Assembly: GCF_016432865.1 (NCBI RefSeq)
Contig: NC_067400.1
Span: forward strand, 558,124,001 to 558,188,000
Source: Antechinus flavipes
Lineage: Eukaryota
DNA: 64,000 nt
Direction of reading: 5' to 3'
Part shown: in pieces, positions 58,601-64,000 of the stretch
Layout: every line of letters starts with the position of its first letter
How positions within the stretch are numbered: the stretch's first letter is position 1
Program-made: the position numbers and the translations under genes
Notes under the pieces: generated by a model
What the model was told of the DNA's origin: nothing
Databases searched by the model: none
The model's input: only the letters and a program-made list of their open reading frames with translations

Positions 58601-61600
58601 ACACGAGGTGGTAGGAAATACGGCCATTGTCTCCAGAATCAAGGTCAGTGGCAGAGATGGTCAGGATTGCACTGCCCGGAGTTGTGTGCTCTGCCAAGGT
58701 CACCTGGGGAGAAAGGATGGGTGTGAGCATTATTGTGGGAGCAGCCTGGCCCTCTTCTTGCCCCAAGCTTCTCTTAGGTGCCTATCTATCCCAGGTGTGG
58801 GAGCCATAGCTAAGGCTCCCTAGATGGGGATGAGAGAGGGATGAGGAGCCAGCCTCATAGTTAATGGATGAAGGCAATGTGTGAGAACGTAATCTTTCAG
58901 TCAATGCTGATTCTAAGGGACTTTTTTTTTGCCCAGGACACCTACTGTCAGGGGCCACACTTCTTCCCCATCCTTGCACCACTTATTCTTCTATAAACCT
59001 TGTGCCCAAAAGAGGGAGTCATGAGGGTCCCATCTCCTCTTGTGGACTCTGCCTTTCTCTCTAGCGTGCTCCTGCTTCACAGCTACATTACAAGCCCTCC
59101 ATGCTGTCCTCTTTCCAGTTCACCTGATATAGCTGTCCCTTCAGGGTCCTCCTCCTAAGGGTGCAGTGCTCTTATGTCGAGCCCTACTGTGCTATTTTGA
59201 GGCCTCTGTTAAATGATCACTTCCCACATCTTTCAAATTTAGGGTAGTCGTCTGTGCCCACAAACAAGGATGTTCAAGAAAATGGAGTAACTTGAGGGTA
59301 TTTTGCAACTTTTTGCATCTTATCTAAAGAAAAACTAGTTGCTAATGGATTTCCTATGTTGTAAGAGTGTTTGTGTTTTACCCATGTGTTTCCTCAGTGG
59401 TCTTGGCCCTTTGGAGGGCTTGAGGATAGGGTTTACTTAGCCAGTAAACTAGTAGAGTTAGCTGGCTAACTCTGTACCCCCTCTGGCCAAGTCTGTACCC
59501 TAATGAATGTTGCCCCCCTCTTAGGTAAAGAGGATAGTGAGAAGTTCTTGTTTCCATGGCTCAAATCAGTAGCTGTGATTCTCTGGAAAAGTAGTCCACT
59601 AAGGAGGTTTTAGATTATTTCCACTTTCCCATATGATAAATAGCTACCATTTATATAGTGTTTACTACATGCCAGACACTAAGCTATGCCCTTTACAAGT
59701 ATTTCATTTGATACAGCAACCTTCAGGTATAGGTACTAGTTTTTTTTTTTTTTTGGCCGAGGCACTTGAGGGTAAGTGACTTGCCCACAGTCACACAGCC
59801 AGGAAGTGTTAAGTATCTGAGGCCAGATTTTAACTCAGGTCCTCTTGACTTCAGGGCTTGTGCTCTATTCACTACATCAACTTGCTGCCCCCAGATGTAG
59901 GTACTATTATTGATAAAGAAACTGAAGCAGGCAGAGCTTCATAACTAAAACAATGTAGATAATTGTGTTTTTGTGTTGTTACTTGATTACATTGTTAATA
60001 AATTGGATAGGTAGTAACTTCATTTATTTAATTCTAAGAGATTGGGAGTTTTGAAATAGAAAAATAGAGGTAACCACTTATGGGAAAAGACATTTCTTCA
60101 GTTTATTTAGAAAATAATATTTAATAAATTAGGATGGGCTTTTGATTTATTAATGTCTTAAGACATGTTACCATTTGATACATACATATGTATTTAAAAA
60201 AAAAAACTCTAAAATACTCAATAATTCTTAAGGATGAGAATGAATAAGTAAGTTATTCTTATAAGAATATATAATTCTTATTATATTAAGTAATTTTTAC
60301 TTAATTTAAGTTAAGTAAAGTTAAGTTAGTAAGAAGTTAAGTAGTAGACTGAAAGATGAGCTTCAGGTAAATGGGATCAATTCTGCCTAAGCCTTTTATG
60401 GAGTTTTACAACTATTTTTTATTGTCATAGGCAATTTTTTTCAATTTGTAATTGTAAATTATAATTATTACATTGTACTCATGAATGCAAAGTGTTTGAT
60501 AGTGCTGCTACTGAGAAAAGAGGATCCAAGAGAAAAGAGACTGAAAGAAATTTTGAATTGTCACCAAGAGACAATTCACTTATGAGAAAGGCCATAACTA
60601 ATTCCTGTAATGGAAAGAAATAGCTTATCTATAGGTGAGGCAAGGGCTAGATTTTCAGAGTAGAACAGGAAAATATCATGATTGAGAATATAGGTTTAAT
60701 CTCAAAAAAGAATTTTGTAGCTATCTTCTTAGAAGTAGAAAACCCTGTATCACTCGACACTATAAGTATCGTGGGAAGTGTGGGTCATATCTGTGAGTAA
60801 TTCTCTGCAGACTTGAAGTTCTCTGTCTTAGAGGTGAGGATATTGATAAAATGATGAAAAGTCTTCAAGGAGAAACATATGGTTTAGTGCAAAGCCAGAA
60901 AAATCAGAAAGTCTGATATGACACAATAAGAGAGTCTGCAAAGCCTACAGGATGATTTCAGTAATGATGAGATTCCATATATTACTTCCCACCCTTATTC
61001 AATGTGTAGGAGAAAAGCCAACAAAATTCATGACTTAACTAGATGCTAAACTAGATGCTAAGACTTGTACAGAAATGGGAAGTAACATCTGAGCTTATGA
61101 ATATGACTCATACAATTCTAGAGACACAGTGGATATCACTACAGTTCCACAAGATGATGAGCACAGTATACAAAATATACAACAGAAGTGCTATTGCCAA
61201 GAGTGATTCCCAATGATGAGTCCCAATCTTGACGAACTCTAGAGCATCCTCTTCTGTATGAACTAAAGAAACAGTAGGAATCACACTAATATAATGCAAT
61301 TTGGATGGCAAAGGTGACAAAGAACTTGTGAAAAGGAAGAATGAGAGGCAAGAGCATATTTTGTGAAAGCAAGAGACCAAGAGAACAAAGGTCAGAACAG
61401 TCAGATATAAGAGCAGCCCTAGCACAGTAATAAATACAGTAATGAGCAAAATAGAATATTTGAATCTTTTGTTGCAACAATAGCGTGGGTGAATCACATG
61501 AGTGATGAATGTACCCAAAAGAGGAATGTGGGGTTGGTTTGTGAGAGGCTGAATGCCAAAGAATCAGTGTCAGGAAATGAAGACAGGAACCAAAGATGGA

Positions 61601-63922
61601 GGTTGTCCCAGAACCTAGATTGGCATCAGGTGTGGGAGAGCGGTGAGAAGAGGGAGAAAATTCAGAATACACATTACAATTGAATTTTTAAAAGATCTAA
61701 CCAGAGAAGCAAATTGTCGTCTGTTATATAAGTGGATTAGACAGCCACAAGTATGACAAGCACTAGAAAGGAGAATTTTCACTTGGTTCAGAGCAAAGTT
61801 CTCTAACTAGCATCAAGAAACAAATGGGTAGTACACAAAGCCTGTGCTTTCTTATCAACAACTGAAGTAAGATAATAAGATTTTGCTGAAGAACTTGGGT
61901 GCTCAGAGACCACTGAAGAAACCTTATATTATTAGCTAGGATTTTACAGAGCACTTTAAGGTTCATAAAAATGTTCTCTCATGTAATCCTCACAACAACC
62001 TGGGGAAGAGAAATCAGAGAGAAGAGCTTCAAAGTATGCTAATGAGGCTGAAGAAGAAATGGAAATATGAGATAGCTTACATTTTTAGGAATTTTAGATC
62101 ATCATGTTTGGATATAAAGTGATAAGTCCTCAAGAGAATTGCTTGGTATAAGCTATTAAAAAGTCCTCTAAAGAAAACTGCAGTATTTTTCTTTTCTCTG
62201 CTGAGGTAATTGGGGTTAAGTGACTAGCCCAGGGTTGCACAGTCAGGACGTGATAAGTGTCTGAGGTCAGATTTGAATTCAGGTCCTCCTGACTTCAGGG
62301 CTGGTTTGCTATCCACTGTACTAACTAGCTGCCCCGAAAACTCCAGTATTGAAACATCAGCTCAAGAATGTTGAAACTAAACTTTGTGCACGAGCACAAG
62401 AAGCTCATGAAAAAGGTGGTGTTTTAAGTAAGGCAGATATTGCACATAGGAACCAAATTACCTTAGTCATGATTAAAGAGGACCCCAATTCAGACAAGGG
62501 GGAATCTTTCTTTCTTAGATCCTCAGCTATATAATCACCCATGGTAAAAAGATAAACCAAAGAATTTAAAAATAAAGGTAACAAGCCTATAACATCAACT
62601 AGCTAAGCTAAGTTGCAGACCCTCAGAGTTTTAGGAGACTTGAGAGACAATTGTGTCTAATCCTTTGCTTTTACAGTTGAGGAAATTTGAGGATGGAAAA
62701 GATTGACTTACTCAAAGTCATACACTGAATCAGTGTAGGAGTTTGGAGTTGGTGACAATGAGAGCACAAGGGACCCCTTACCCCGAGGTGTTTCTGTTTG
62801 GGGGATTCTGGGACAGAGAAGAGGCTCAGGAGAAGCCTAGGAAAGGCTATAGAGAAACAGAGGGTATGAAGGGAAAACTTTAGGCATCCTTGTAGACACT
62901 TGGGAAGAGGGATAAGTACAAACATACCTGATAGAGGCTTTGAGAGAAGGTGGGTGCGTTGTCATTGACATCCTCTACCTGTACCGTGAGGTTGGCGCTG
63001 CCCTCATGCTGCCCATCCCGGGCCAGCAGGTGCAGTTGATAACAGTCCATGTGCTCAAAGTCAAGGGGCTCTGTGAGGGAGATGCGGCCTCCGTAGCGTC
63101 CCACACTGAAGGGGCCCTGGGTCCCAGGCGGGTTCAGCACATACCACAGGGCGGGTCCTGAGTCCACATCGTTCCCCGTCACCCGAGCAATCTCTGATCC
63201 TAGAAGTGCATCTATAGCATACATGAGACATGGCACATAGGTGTGGGCCCCCATATATGGAAGCTGCCACAGACAAAGGACATGGACCAACCAGGACATG
63301 GGTAGAGACATTCACTCTCACAGATAAAGATACCACCACCACAACCCCCGGCTCACACTTACCCTCTGGTACTTGGATCTCCCAGGGCTGGGGGATGGTT
63401 GGTCGGTTGTCATTGGCATCAATGACCAGTACAGTCAGTGTGGCTGAGCCCACTAGGGGTGGGGACCCTCTATCTGTGGCCATCACCACCAGGCTGGGGG
63501 CACAAGGTCAGGAAGCAACCAGGTCAGGAGTCATAGGATGGGAAGAATGGAAAAGGTAAGGGCTTTTAGTGTAGTTGGACTTTCAGGGAACAGGAAGATG
63601 ATGGAAAGACACTGGGATAGGGAGAAACTTAGGAAGGATTCAGAGGGATGCTGTGAGACATGTAACATCAGGGCACAGTGGTGGGCTAGTGATTTTCGAT
63701 AGGTGACTGGGCAAGGGGGAGGAGGAACAGAGGGTGCATGGATTGGGGAAAGGAACTGAGTCCTCACCGAGTCTCTGCCCAGATCTCTCGGTCCAGGATA
63801 GCTGTGGTGGTAATGGTACCCATAGCTGGGTCTATGTGAAACAGTCCCCGAGTGGCCTGGGATGGAGCCAGGCTATAAGTGACTTGCCCGCCTGGGCCCT
63901 GGTCCAGGTCATCAGCCTCTAC
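55625..63922 (-). CDS. DCHS1: Protocadherin-16 / Dachsous 1, last five exons (5' partial): complement(join(55625..58248,58565..58703,62928..63199,63363..63493,63768..63922))
   Basis: Cadherin repeats (DxNDN.P, LDRE/LDFE, AxDxD); TM LLLVGAVAASLGVVVVLALAALVL; cytoplasmic GSYNWDYLLSWCPQFQPLASVFTEIARLKDE; C-terminal ELHI*. Confidence 0.96.
59740..59891 (-). mobile_element. WSINE1-like SINE
   Basis: Poly-T followed by AGTGACTTGCCCA...TCTGAGGCCAGATTT...GCTGCCCC; flanking TAGGTACTA on both sides. Confidence 0.8.
62186..62335 (-). mobile_element. WSINE1-like SINE with 13-bp TSD
   Basis: GAAAACT(G/C)CAGTA at 62173-62185 and 62336-62348. Confidence 0.82.
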
Positions 63923-64000
63923 CTGGGGATGTCAGGAAGACAGAATGGGGTCCTGATCTCATCTCAGACCCTGTCCCCAGCCTGTGAGTCTGATGTGGAG

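Noticed and set aside
61108-61518. 136-aa hydrophobic minus-strand ORF as a membrane protein
   Set aside because: Most likely the antisense shadow of a purine-rich plus strand inside a DCHS1 intron; no splice or promoter context.

Overview
Eukaryotic (marsupial, probably dasyurid, judged from L1 3' ends and WSINE1/Mar1-type SINEs) genomic DNA syntenic to the human 11p15.4 cluster DNHD1-RRP8-ILK-TAF10-TPP1-DCHS1. It holds the last two exons of DNHD1 (+); complete RRP8 (-), ILK (+), TAF10 (-) and TPP1 (-); and the last five exons of DCHS1 (-). Exons were placed by hand from translation plus GT/AG boundaries and phase, so most listed ORFs are exon fragments or spurious. Directly after the DNHD1 poly(A) signal is a 6.36-kb decayed, env-less class II (betaretrovirus-like) provirus with both LTRs, PBS, PPT and a 6-bp TSD. 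The rest of the left half is rich in L1/L2/SINE/solo-LTR remnants. The most unusual items are: (i) a ~137-bp x ~9 minisatellite in TPP1 intron 7 whose units each carry an AG/GT-bounded, frame-preserving 51-nt candidate mini-exon and a G-quadruplex motif; (ii) a degenerate duplicate of the RRP8 exon-2 acceptor that would act as a poison exon; (iii) an ~110-residue in-frame expansion of the penultimate DNHD1 exon; and (iv) back-to-back ILK/TAF10 poly(A) signals. All comparisons to human proteins are from memory and were not computed.
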